Shown one piece after another: positions 12,608-24,755 of a stretch of DNA of 64,000 nucleotides. The position numbers and the translations under genes were made by a program. Origin of the DNA: Heteronotia binoei (Eukaryota); NCBI RefSeq assembly GCF_032191835.1, contig NC_083229.1:13950001-14014000 (forward strand). The letters are read 5' to 3'. Below the pieces are notes generated by a model. That model was not told the DNA's origin. It did not search any database and was given only the letters and a program-made list of their open reading frames with translations. Each line of letters begins with the position of its first letter. Within the stretch, counting starts at the first letter, position 1.

Positions 12608-13826
12608 TGTTAGGCAAATTGCCCTCAAAAGAGGTTTGGGAATTAGCGAGTGGGCAATTAAGCTTTAGCGAGATCTTGAGAATCTGTATATACAGGAGGT
12701 TTCTCCTTGAAAGTCACCCAAAAATGAGATATTTGTCTAATAATCAGGGGGTTTTATTATAGAATAAAGGCAAACATACAAGGATATAAAATCACAAAGC
12801 ACACATACAGTCCAAATTAAAATAGCATTGAAATAGACAGGGATATACACACGGGTAGACAGTGTAATAATTACCTGTCGTAGTCTTCGAGGAAGGCTCC
12901 AATGGCAACGAAAAAGGATATATGGGGAGGACCCTCATCTGATCAGATATCGGGGGCGTATCTAGCAGCAGGGTATGAGGTACTGTCAGATGCACCCGTG
13001 TGGGGAGTTGGGTCAGAGGTTATAAGGACTACCTTGAACCTTTAGGGGGTAGGAGGTCCAGGGAATTAAGATACTGGGTCAGATGGGACATGATGCTGTA
13101 CCAAATGGTACATTAGAAAAAGGGGAGGTTCCAATGTGACAGTTTGGGCAAGGCATGGGTGGAGGTATGGGTATAGGTATGGGTGGAGGGGATTAAGCAA
13201 GCTATCCAAACTTATCTAAAAGTGACAATAGAGGGTCAAATTGGTACCTAAGGTGACACCCGATCTATAATAGTTCTGGCTCTAGGTTAAGGCTGGTCTT
13301 CCTCTTCTGGCTCTTCTGGTCGGCACCATCCTTCGTCTAAAGTTCCGTTTGACAAAGATTTGGGCGGTCCGGCAGGATCCATGCCTAAGCTAAGCGCGAT
13401 TGCCTTATGTAGATGTTTGAAACAGCTGTTGAGTACGTGATCCTCTCGCTTCTCTGTCATGGAGTCTGGCAGTGCAGGAAAATGGTTGCTGATGCTGTTA
13501 GCCTACCACCATGGCTTTGATGGACAAGGCTGGAAAACATTTGCCTGGACAGTTCCTGGCGGTGTGACTTCTTCCACTGCAACGGTCGAGATGGTGCATG
13601 CACGGAGCGGCTGGGAACCCATCTGTAGTTCTGGCGAGCACTCTTCCAGAGATATAGAGTGTCATTGTAATGCTGAGGCTGTATTCACATAAGTCTTTTA
13701 GAAAATGGTAGGTAAAACCCAAGTTTCGCAGCAGATGTGTGTGAGTTGGAACTCCAGGCACCCGGGCAACCAAATGGGTGATCACGATGTCCGTATATAA
13801 GTGAAATTAGGGGTCTTTCGCTCACA
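12608..13826. mobile_element. Long solo LTR (1219 bp, ERV-like)
   Basis: TGTTAG..CTCACA termini; 4-bp TSD AAAC/AGAC; the paralogous site at ~7305-7325 (GGAGACATTGAGAGACC) is empty. Confidence 0.75.
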
Positions 13827-15358
13827 AGACATAGAGAGACCTTCCCCAGGGGACTTCATGTCTGCTGCCCCACGGAACCTAAAAAGGTACTAAGTGGAAA
13901 GAGGTACTAATAATTTGTGAGGTTAATTTTAGTTCTTAGGAATTAAAGGTACCTTTTAATGTTAGAATTTTGAGTAAATAACACTGGCGGGGGGTCAAGT
14001 AATGGGGGGAGGGGTGATTAGAAAGAAGCATATGGGATAGATGAAAAGAAGTTACCAATGGAAATTGTTACCCTATGTTATCAATAAAATTGTTTAAAAC
14101 TAATAAGGTAAGTGAGAGAACTTAGGAGATACTTGTATGCTGGCCCACACTCAATTCTGTGAGAAGACCATATTGCTGTCTCCAGAGTTGTCTTTCTGCA
14201 AAAAAAAGAAAGAAAAAAAAGTCTTAAGCATTCAGTGGGGACCCCAAGTGCCTAACGATATCATTCTTCCAATTGCATCAATCCCCACAACGATCAGCTG
14301 GGAGGTAAAGAACATAAGGGAAGCCATGTTGGGTCAGGCCAATGGCCCGTCCAGTCCAAAACTCTGTGTCATACAATGACCAAAACCCAGGTAGGTTAAG
14401 CTGACTGAGAGTGACTGGTCCCAAGTCACTTGGCAAGCTTCCATGGCAGAGTGGGGATTTGAGCTTGGGTTGCCTGCATCCTAGAACAACGCACTGACTC
14501 TTACACTGCACTGGAACACATTGCTTATGGAGGCGTTTGGCAGACATTCAGTTGGCAGTGACTGGTGAGAGCCCTTTTGGTGATTCCCCCTGGAATTTGG
14601 AACTCATAAGAAGAGCCCTGATGGCTTAGACCAGTGGTCCATAGACCTGCATCCTGTCTTACATAATGGCTAACCAGATCCTCTGGAGGGCCAACCACAG
14701 GGCATAGAAGCTGAGGCCTTCCCCTAACGTTGCCTTCTGGATCTGGGATTCAAGTGTTGACTACTTCTGAATGTGGAGGTTCCCTTTAGTTACCACAGCT
14801 GGTAGCCAATGGTAGACCTATTCCCCGTGAATTTATAAGAGCTATAAAATTTATCTGTATAAACGTCCCAAGAAGGGAAAAAAATAGACATTTCTGTTCT
14901 GAAAGACATTTTGAAGGGCCTTGAGTCTGCATAGGGGTTTATTTGAACTTTGTTGATATTCTTGATTATGAAAATACTTTATATTTCACTGTGAGCCTTT
15001 CTTGGTGCTGATAGAATAGGGGGGAAAGCACATATGCTTCCTAAAACAAGCAAGCAAGCAAAAAATGACATCTCCCATGTACTCACCAGATCCAGTGCAT
15101 TATTCAATAGGAATGCTGGGTCCAAAAAGGGCCTACACAGCTTGCCTTTCACAATCTGCACACTCTCATTCTAACAGATGTGGTGCCCACTTGGGCCAGA
15201 TTTTTAAATGGCTCATAGAAAAGCACTCATCTCATATTCGTAACACTTCTGCTTACAAGGAGCCGCATAGCTTAGAAAAGTTCATTTCTATAACAGAGGG
15301 TTCAGTCTGCAGCTGCAGTTTCCACTTCTTTTCTGGATGTGGTGATCATCCTTCCCTT

Positions 15359-16170
15359 GTTGTTGTTGCTCAGTTGCACAGTCGAGTCCGACTCTTTGCA
15401 ACCCCATGGACCAAGTCACGCCAGGCCCTCCTGTCTTCCACCATCCTCCAAAGTCTGCTCAAAGTCATGTTTGTTACATCAGTAATGCTGTCCAGCCATC
15501 TCATCTTTTGCCGTCCCCTTCTTCTTTTGCCTTCTGTCTTTCCCAGCATCAGGGGCTTCTCCAGTGAGTGCTCCCTTCTCATTGGGTGGCCAAAGTATTT
15601 GAGCTTCAGCTTCAGCATCTGACCTTCCAGGGAACAGTCTGGGTTGATTCCCCTTAGGACTGACTGATTGGATCTTCTTACTGTCCAAGGGACTCTCAAG
15701 ATTCTTCTCCAGCCCCACAGCTCAAAAGCATCTATTCTTCTGCGCTCGGCCTCCCTTATGGTCCAGCTCTCACAGCCATACATTATTACTGGGAATACCA
15801 TTGCTTTGACTATATGGACTTTTGTTGGCTGGGTGATGTCTCTACTTTTTATTATACTACCCAGGTTCACCATAGCTGTTCTCCCAAGGAGCAAACGTCT
15901 TTTAATTTCATGGCTGCAGTTACCATCTGCAGTGATCTTGGATCCCAGAGATGTGAAGTCTGTCATTACTTCCATGCCTTCCCCTTCTATTTGCCAAGGT
16001 GTGATGGGGCCGGATGCCATGATCTTAGTTTTTTTGATGTTGAGTTTCAAGCCTATTTTTGTATTTTCCTCTTTTACCCTCAACAAGAGGTTCTTTAGGT
16101 CCTCCTCACTTCCTGCCATTAGTGTGGTATCATCTGCATATCTGAGGTTGTTGATGTTTTTCCTGACGGT
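15359..16170 (-). mobile_element. 5'-truncated BovB (RTE) LINE
   Basis: ORF 15370-16119 matches the BovB RT C-terminus (GLKLNIKKTKIMASGPITPWQI, AMVFPVIMYGCESWT, RRAWRDLVHGVAKSRTRL); (CAA)n tail; exact 11-bp TSD ATCCTTCCCTT (15348-15358 and 16171-16181). Confidence 0.95.
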
Positions 16171-16528
16171 ATCCTTCCCTTACCTAATTGTTATTTAGTT
16201 ATTCACTTTATACCTTACTTTTTCTCTCCAGTGGGGGCTGAAGCAACTTGCATTGTTTTCTGTGTCTCCATTTTGTCTTCACAACAAGTCTTTGAGGCAG
16301 CTTAGGCTAAGATGTTGTGGTTGTCCCGAGGTTACCCAGCAAGCTTCTGTAGCAGAGCGGGAATTTGAACCTGGGTCTCTCAGATCCTAGACTGGCATGT
16401 TTGATCCAATTTAAAATGCTGCCGCCCTCAAATTTAGTGACAGAGGCTATATTGTAGTTCTACAAGGTCAATGCCCGGCTGAAACCATATTCATGAACGG
16501 TTTCCCACATTATGGAATTGTCACATTC

Positions 16529-16802
16529 TGTTGTGTATGTGGACCAAAGTGAAGACTATTATGGGAGTTCTTGCCTGGCTCATTGGAGCCTTTAGGTCTG
16601 AGCTTGGGGACTCAGGAACGATGGGCAGGAGGATCCAAATCCCTGCCCCAATCACGAGCCCCCTGCTGGTTTGAAGGATCCAATGGCGTCCTTGCGTGGG
16701 AACCTATAAGTTGGCCCCTTTGACCCACTTCTCCAGTCATTTAGTGTAGCCCTATATGGTGCTGTACTTGATAAAGAGCTATGATCACTACCACCTCGCT
16801 TC
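16529..16802 (+). mobile_element. LTR-like element, same family as 31507-31816, cut by gap
   Basis: Starts TGTTGTGTATGTGGAC as in the 31507 copy, with different flanks. Confidence 0.55.
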
Positions 16803-17265
16803 NNNNNNNNNNNNNNNNNNNNNNNNNNNNNNNNNNNNNNNNNNNNNNNNNNNNNNNNNNNNNNNNNNNNNNNNNNNNNNNNNNNNNNNNNNNNNNNNNN
16901 NNNNNNNNNNNNNNNNNNNNNNNNNNNNNNNNNNNNNNNNNNNNNNNNNNNNNNNNNNNNNNNNNNNNNNNNNNNNNNNNNNNNNNNNNNNNNNNNNNNN
17001 NNNNNNNNNNNNNNNNNNNNNNNNNNNNNNNNNNNNNNNNNNNNNNNNNNNNNNNNNNNNNNNNNNNNNNNNNNNNNNNNNNNNNNNNNNNNNNNNNNNN
17101 NNNNNNNNNNNNNNNNNNNNNNNNNNNNNNNNNNNNNNNNNNNNNNNNNNNNNNNNNNNNNNNNNNNNNNNNNNNNNNNNNNNNNNNNNNNNNNNNNNNN
17201 NNNNNNNNNNNNNNNNNNNNNNNNNNNNNNNNNNNNNNNNNNNNNNNNNNNNNNNNNNNNNNNNN
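16803..17265. other. Assembly gap (463 N)
   Basis: N run. Confidence 0.99.
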
Positions 17266-18897
17266 TGGTGATGTCCATCAAAGAGAGGGCAGATTTGGTG
17301 GAACAAAACGCCCATCAGTCCTCTTTGAAACTGCATCTTTTGCCCTGTGGCTTTTTTGCATTGTGATGCAATGCCGGGAAACATGACTCATGCTTCATGC
17401 CAACAGCTTGTGGTTGGAAGCCACAGACAGCATGAAAGAGAAGCGCTGAAAGCCACAGCTGGCCTGGCTAGACGTTCACATTCTCTTCTCGCTTCAATCA
17501 CAATCCAGTCTCAACCTCTGCCAGCCCCTCCCCCTCCCCCTCAGCCTTCTGCTTGAGGAAAACAGGAAATGTTTTTTGAAATGTCTTTAAATGAACTGTG
17601 TTCTTATTGATCGCTCTAACAATAACACAAAAGTGGAGCTGAGGAAACTCGGGCATTAGCATGGTTACCAACCTCGAGGTGGTGCAAAGAGCGAAAGGAA
17701 ACCGCTAAGCAAGAGCCATCACTCCATTAGTGACATAGAACTGCTATTATTGCAAAAAAATTACTGAGGAAGGAAACAAGCTGGCGGGACGCAACCCAGA
17801 AATATAAATAACAGATTGTGCTCATAGATTACATAGGCGTACAAATAGATACACTCCTCTCTGTTTCTCCAGCAAACAGCGATAAGTCCATAGAAGGAGC
17901 TTGTAGATTCCCAAAAGTTTCAATGAAAGAGACAGTAGTGGAAAAAATCCAACCAAAGATGCCTTTTCTGGATATAAATCAAGGACGTTTCAATAAATCT
18001 TCCACAGTTTAAATGGCTGCTTCAATGGAACCCCATTTCTATATTTCTAACATCCGACACAGAGTTCATAGTGCTCATAAAGAATCCTAGGTTCTCTTGA
18101 TTTCCAGGCGACAGTAATAAATGCATCTATTTATTTGATTAAAATATTTATGCGTAGGGTGCTCAAGTAGCTAACAGTCGGGGCTTTTATTTATTTTTTT
18201 GTATCAGGAACTCCTTTGCATATGAGGCCACACACCTCTGCTGTAACCAGTCCTCCAAGAGCTTACAGGGCTCTTCTTACAGGGCCTACTGTAAGCTCCA
18301 GGAAGACTGGCTACATCAGGGGTGTGTGGCCTCATACGCAAAGGAATTTCTACTACAAAAAAGCCCTGCTAACAATAAGGCCTTTCAATATTTAAAATTG
18401 AAAAGTTATAGGTAAGACGTTCCCCCACAACGCCATCAAATCATAAAGAAATGCTGATGCAACAGAGCCAAGGATGAGAGCTAGTAAGAGTTTCCTGGGG
18501 GGTATGGCAAATGAAACAAACACGAGTCTTCACCTTTCTGGTGAAAGACAATAACAAATGAAGACAGATGAATTCCAAGGTTTGGGATCTGTGACCGATC
18601 CCCCTGGGAAACCATAGAGTTTTCCCGGAAACGCCTAGAGCGGCCCCACATGGGCATCACCATTTTGATGATGTCACTTTCGGGTGATGTCATTTTGGCA
18701 TGCACACATGCATCGCACATGCGAATGTCCCCCGCCGGGGGATGAAGAGGACTTGGCAACCCTACCTGTTCTACAGTCTCCTCCCCACCAGGACACTTCC
18801 CTCGGCACAATTTGGAGGCCGCTGTCTCCTCAGACGTGTGGGTGAGGGAAGAAAGCCTGACCTTGGTCATATGCTTATTTGGTAATTATTTCTATTG

Positions 18898-19146
18898 GAT
18901 TTCCCCTGATGCTAACATCACTTGGTGAGAAATCAGGAACTCAGTGGAAAGATAACCACACCATTTATGGTAGCTGTCTTCTGCAGATCATACAGGGAAT
19001 TAAGAAGCCCACACATCTTGTTCCTTGTTCATTGCCCGTCTCCATCTCTGTGCCCTGAAATTCTACTTTTAAAGCTTTCCTTGAAGGACATCTTTAGAGC
19101 TTTGAAGTCATCTTGAACTGTTGACATTGGAACCATTCCAGAAGAG
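18898..19146 (+). other. Conserved non-coding exon (copy 3; acceptor lost)
   Basis: Donor GAAGAG|GTAAGT at 19146. The acceptor position reads TTCTATTG instead of TTCTATAG. Confidence 0.6.
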
Positions 19147-19230
19147 GTAAGTTTCAGATATCCCTATGGCAAGTCCTCAGATTAGCCGCCCTGAGCCTGC
19201 TTCGGCGGGGAGGGCGGGATACAAATAAAA

Positions 19231-19313
<83 letters not shown>
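19231..19313. repeat. (ATT)n microsatellite on a LINE/SINE 3' tail
   Basis: Long ATT run following GCCGCCCTGAGCC..GGGCGGGATA. Confidence 0.95.
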
Positions 19314-19317
<4 letters not shown>

Positions 19318-22242
19318 TGGGGACTCACAGGAGCACAGCTCCTGAACCTTTCTGAGAGTTCCACCTCCTCCTTCTAAGACTTCCACCTCCTCATCCATTG
19401 AATAGTAGGTACAGCTGCATAACAATCCCTGGATGAGCTCCACCACCTATTTTTCTACAAAATGACCCCTGCCTGTGACCACTGCTTTGTTTGCTTTGGG
19501 AAACATAGCCATTAATTACACAATTGGCTCTATAAATTATGATGCAAAGATTTGGAGATCTATTAACACCATGAGAAGTTGCTGGCGGTGGGGAAGCTGG
19601 CATGAAAGTGGGGTGGCTGACAAGAGACCAGATTGGGGGAGTAGACAAGACAACAGACTTGTGGGGGGGTAGAGACAGAGGGTCAGGGATGGAAGGACAG
19701 GCATTATGGAGAGCCAGTGTGATGTGGTGGTTAAGAGTATCCGATTGTGACCTGGATAAGAGGGTTTGATTCTTCGTTTTTTCTTCACATGAAGCCTGCT
19801 GGATGACCGTGAGCCAGTCACAGTTCTCTCAGAACTCTCTCATCCCCACCTGCCTCACAAGTTGCTGGTTGTGGGGAGACGAAGGAAAGGTGATTGTAAG
19901 CTGTTTTGAGACTCCTTAAGGGACAGTGAAGTGGGACATGAAAATCTTGTCTTCATCTATGGGTGGGAAGAGGAGGAGACTGACGAAAGAAAGGGAGGCA
20001 GAGGGGAAGGTGGCGATGATGACCAGTGTTATAATATAATAATAATTTTTTTTTATTTATACCCCGCCCTCCTCGCCGAGGCAGGCTCAGGGCGGCTTAC
20101 AAGGCATGATATAACAATATCATGTTATGACAATAAAACAAAATAATACAATCAATAAAAACAGGATAATGCAATTAAATACAATACATAAGTTAAGAAA
20201 TTAAAATAACTAATCTAAAAACAGTATCGCTTAATGGTGCTACAGTGTTGGGAGTAAGGGCACATGGAGAAGAAAAAATGGGAGAAGGAGGTGGCAGGGA
20301 GGAGACAGAGAAAGTGTCACGGTGCTGGTGTCAGAAGTCAGAGGATAATGAGTGCATTTATCAGTGAGTTTCTCAAAGGTCATCTCTAGAATCATTGAAT
20401 CATAGAATCAGAGTTGGAAGGGACCTCCGGGGTCATCTAGTCCAACCCCCTGCACGATGCAGGAAATTCACAAATACCTACTCCCAGGGCCTTTTTTGTA
20501 GAAAAGGCCCACCAGGAACTCATTTTCATATTAGGCCACACCCCCTGACATCACCATTGTTTAGAATAAGGCTTTTTGTAGAAAAAGCCCAGCAGAACTT
20601 TATTTGCATATTAGACCACACCCCCTAATGCCAAGTCAGCCGGAGCTGCGTTCCTGTGCGTTCCTGCTCACAAAAAAAAAAAAAAAAAAAAAAAAAAAAA
20701 GCCCTGCCTTCTCCTAGATTCACAAGGTCCCCATTGCTGTCAGATGGCCGTCTAGCCTCTGTTTAAAAAGATATCTAGATATCTCTGTTTAAAAGATATC
20801 AACATTTTCCTGACTGTTGAGGAAAAGACTAATCCTGAGTGCTCAAGTGGTGACTTTATACATGTTGTCAAAGTTTAGAAAAGTAGAGTTTTCATGACTC
20901 AGAAGACAAAAAAAAAAGATTTCTACTCTTTGTCTACAATTTGTCATGAATGATCCTTTGGGCGAGGATGCACTGAGTTTATTCTGGAAAAGTCTGGTGC
21001 CTTTAGAATGCAACCGCTTTCTCTGATTTTGTTGAAATGTGACATTGCCCCCTTTCAATGAAGCGTACAGTCCTTGAGGATTGCATCCTGATTGATGAAT
21101 AGGGATAGGGAAATCTTAGAGGGTGCACATAAATAAATTCTGAAAAATCTTGTGTCTTTAGAAGACAAATACTTTATCCTGGTTTGCTGAAATGTGGGAC
21201 CTCCATCCTTTGGGTGAAATGTAGGATCCCTGAAAATGTTGCCCCAAAGAACTGATTGACTGGAATGAAAAATCTGTGTGTAAAAAAAAAAAAAAAAAAA
21301 GACTTATTTTGAAATGTCCTGTTCACACGTATGCGTGTAAGCTCTTTCTGTCCTAGAAACGGATTGTCAGTTCAAGACAAGAGATGGATTTTTGACCAGT
21401 TGTCTGTTTTTTGTTTTTTAACAAAGATTGCATTTCATCTTTGTTCAGTTATATCAATCGCTTTGGGCAGGGGTCATTTTGTGGAAAAATAGGTGGTGGA
21501 GCTCATTATCATAATTCGTTAGCATATGCTGCCCCACCCCCACCAGCCAAAAGCAGCCCGATGCAAGAAAGGAGAGCCCCGGGTGAGTGAGGCCTGCTTG
21601 GGCTGGCTAGAGATCCAGCCAGTCCAAGCAGGCCTTGCTCGCCTGGGGCTCTTCTGTGCTACCGCCCCCACAGTCAAAAGGCCAGCAAGCCGCCCACTGC
21701 CCAAAATCACATAAGAAGTGGAGAAAGGGTGGCATGGGCTTCTCCAGGGGTTAATGAGGGCTGCTGGGGGTGTGGCAAAGCTCCTGGTGGCTGGCTGGCT
21801 GCCTGCTTTCCTAATCCAGGGATTGTTATGCAGCTGCATCTACTCAATGGACAAGGTAGGTGGGGCGGAGGAAGGGGAACCCTCAGAAAGGTTCAGGAGC
21901 TGCACTCCTGTGAGCTCCTGCTGAATCTGAGACCTGGCTTTTGGAAAGAATTCCATGTGTGAAGAGAGCAAAATAAAGGGGGGGGGGGATTAAGCTGCAT
22001 TGTTACTTGATCATCTACTTGGAATAAGACCATACCTCTCTTGTCTCTTTTCTCCTGCCAGGACTGTCCACATAACAAAAAGGAGAGATTGAATGCCAAT
22101 TTCAGCAAGACTACCTTGTCTCCAGTGGAAGATGGACCACAGTATGATGATATGCACAATATCGGCTCCAGCGGCACTTGGATGTTCCTTATATTCTTGC
22201 CGTCTTCACGTCACGCATTTGTATCGTTGGACTTGTGGGGAA

Positions 22243-24755
22243 TAGGGATGTGCAAAAAAAAAAAATTCGGAATTACACGGATTCGGAAGTACACGGGGAA
22301 AAAAAATCAGATTCCCCGTGTACTACTGAATACCGTATTCGGAATAGCCGCATATACAGTAATGCGCGGCTATTTCCGAATATACGGCCCTATTATACCC
22401 TATGGGCCATTGAAATCAATGGCAAATAGAGTATATTTGAAGCCGCCTGGAAGGGGGGGTTTGAGGGAGAGCCCCCAAATTTGCAGGGGACCTGCAGGGG
22501 ACTCTCCCATCCAACCCCCCCAAGTCCCAAAAACATTGGGCCAGGGGGTCCCTGTCTTTGGGCTCCCCAAAAGGCCCATTGCCAACAATGATGGGGAAAG
22601 CCCAATTAGCCACTTCCTCCACTACAATTGCTGTGGGAAAAGTGGCTCTGGCAAGAGGGGGGTTTGAGGGAGAGGCCCCAAAACTGCAGGGCAGCTTCAG
22701 GGGACTCCCCAGCATGCAACCCCCTGGCCCCAAAAGACAGCACCCATCTGTGGGCACCCCAAAAGGAACACTGCTCCCAATGGTGAGAAAAAACCAATTA
22801 GAGCCACTTCCTCACTGCAATTGTCGTGGGAAAAGTGGCTCTGGGGAGCAGGAGGTTTTGAGGAGAGCCCCCCAAACTGCTGTGCAGCTTCAGGGCACTG
22901 TCCCCCACAAATTCCTGGGGCACCCAAAGCCAAACCTAACTTCACACCAGAGAATCTCTATAGGACCCAAATGCACTACATCCCTCTATCTACTCTATGA
23001 ACCCCGCAGGCCCCTGGAACCAATGTAAACCCAGTTGCCAACGTCACTGCCACACAAAACACAATCTGCTCAAGGTCTGCTCTGCAGACCTGGCTGCAGC
23101 AAACCCAGATGCCATCTCTCCAGCCCTGCCCCAAACAACACGGGGAGAGCTGGCCAACAACAAAAAGCCTGCTGTTTCTGGGTCTCTCACCCAGGTGCCA
23201 ACTTCCCTGCCACAGAACACACAATCTACAGATGCCAGCTCTCCAGCCCTGCCCCAAACAACATGGGGAGAGCTGGCCAACAACAAAAAGCCTGCTGTTT
23301 CTGGGTCTCTCACCCAGGTGCCAGCTTCCCTGCCACAGAACACACAATCTGCAGATGCCAGCTCTCCAGCCCTGCCCCAAACAACATGGGGAGAGCTGGC
23401 CAACAACAAAAAGCCTGCTGTTTCTGGGTCTTTGCTTGGCCTTTCACCAATAAGAAAAATTAAGCAAAATCAGTCAACACCCCCACCCCACCCCCAAACC
23501 AAGAAAAGTGACAACAGGAAAAAAAGGCCAAGCAAAGCAACTCAAGTTTTTAAAAAGTGGCCTTTTACCAATAAGAAAACTCAGGCCAAATCAGTCAACA
23601 ACAACACCCCCACCCCTAAAACCAGAAGGAAAAGGGGGGACAAAAGTGGCCTTTTAAACAATGAAAATTAGACCAAACAGCACCCCCCCCAATAACCTGA
23701 AGATAAAAGTAACACAGCAGCAACACAACACAGCAGCAACAAATCAAACAATGAAACAGTAAAAAAATCAACTTTTAATAATACAGGAACTCCCCCCCCC
23801 AAAAAAAAAAACCCCTTCACCCTAACCCCAAGAAATCCAAGCCACCCAAATCAGGAGAAGTAAAAGGACACTGCACTTTAAAAAGTCCTCTCACTAAATT
23901 AAGATATGGGCAAATTAGCAAAAAAACCCCCACCCCAGGCCCCCACCCCCAACAGAACCTAACCCCAACCCCAAATAGGCTACCCTACCCACCCAGTACT
24001 CACCCACCCAAATCTGGACAAGTAAAGGGACTCTAGTCCTTTTACCAACAAAAACTAAAACAAGAACCCCAAAACTGTCTTACCTTGTCTTCTCTGAGTC
24101 CAGGAAGATCTGGTAAGGCAGTGAGAGAGCAGCAGGCAGGAGCTGAAGCCAAGGGCCAGCCACCAGCAGCAGCACAATCTCTCTCACACCAACCCACATA
24201 CACCAACACAGCAATGGAGGGGTCCAGCAGGAAGACTCCTTAAAAAGGTTCTCTGGCCCTACAGAGAGCAATTTCAAAAAATAGCACTGCTCTCTGATTG
24301 GCCAGACAACAGTGCTTACTTGGATACCCAAGTAAGCAAAAGATCAAAAATAACAACAATGTAGCTGATGGCTGGGCCATCAGCTACACAACAGCCCTGC
24401 AAAGCATGCATTTGCAATGCATTTTGCAAATGCATGCTTTGGATTGGCTGCAGGGGCTCCTCCTCCCCCTCCCCCCCCTCCCTGATCCCAGGGAGGCTGG
24501 GAGAGGCGGGAAGAGGCCACTAAAGGCGGGAAAGCAGCTCCTTTGAGGCTGCAGGGAAGCCATTCCCGCCTTTTTCTTTGACAGCTTTGACAGCCGCATA
24601 CTTCCGAATAGCTTTTCGGAAGTATACGGCGAGCCGTATTCGGCTGCCGCATAATAGGCGGCATTGGCATTCGGCTGCGGCCAATTCCAAATACAGCCGA
24701 ATCAGTCTTGATTCAGCTGTATATTCGGTTCGGCCGAACCGAATGCACATCCCTA
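22243..24755. mobile_element. Non-autonomous hAT-type DNA transposon (2513 bp)
   Basis: TIR TAGGGATGTGCA/TGCACATCCCTA; exact 8-bp TSD GTGGGGAA (22235-22242 and 24756-24763); subterminal ATTCGG/CCGAAT clusters; no transposase ORF. Confidence 0.92.
23116..23430 (+). repeat. 123-bp tandem repeat (~2.6 copies) inside the hAT element
   Basis: Unit starts CTCTCCAGCCCTGCCCC at 23116, 23239 and 23362. Confidence 0.9.

Noticed and set aside
13880-14100. Possible L1 3' end (G-rich tract followed by AATAAA)
   Set aside because: No coding remnant or TSD to support it; left uncalled.
15479-16198. Additional overlapping ORFs over BovB, CR1 and Penelope (e.g. 15668-16198, 2512-2853, 50813-51037)
   Set aside because: Antisense or alternate-frame shadows of retroelement ORFs.
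22997-23671. 224-aa repeat-containing ORF as a transposase or host gene
   Set aside because: No hAT catalytic or BED motifs; low complexity; explained by the 123-bp repeat.
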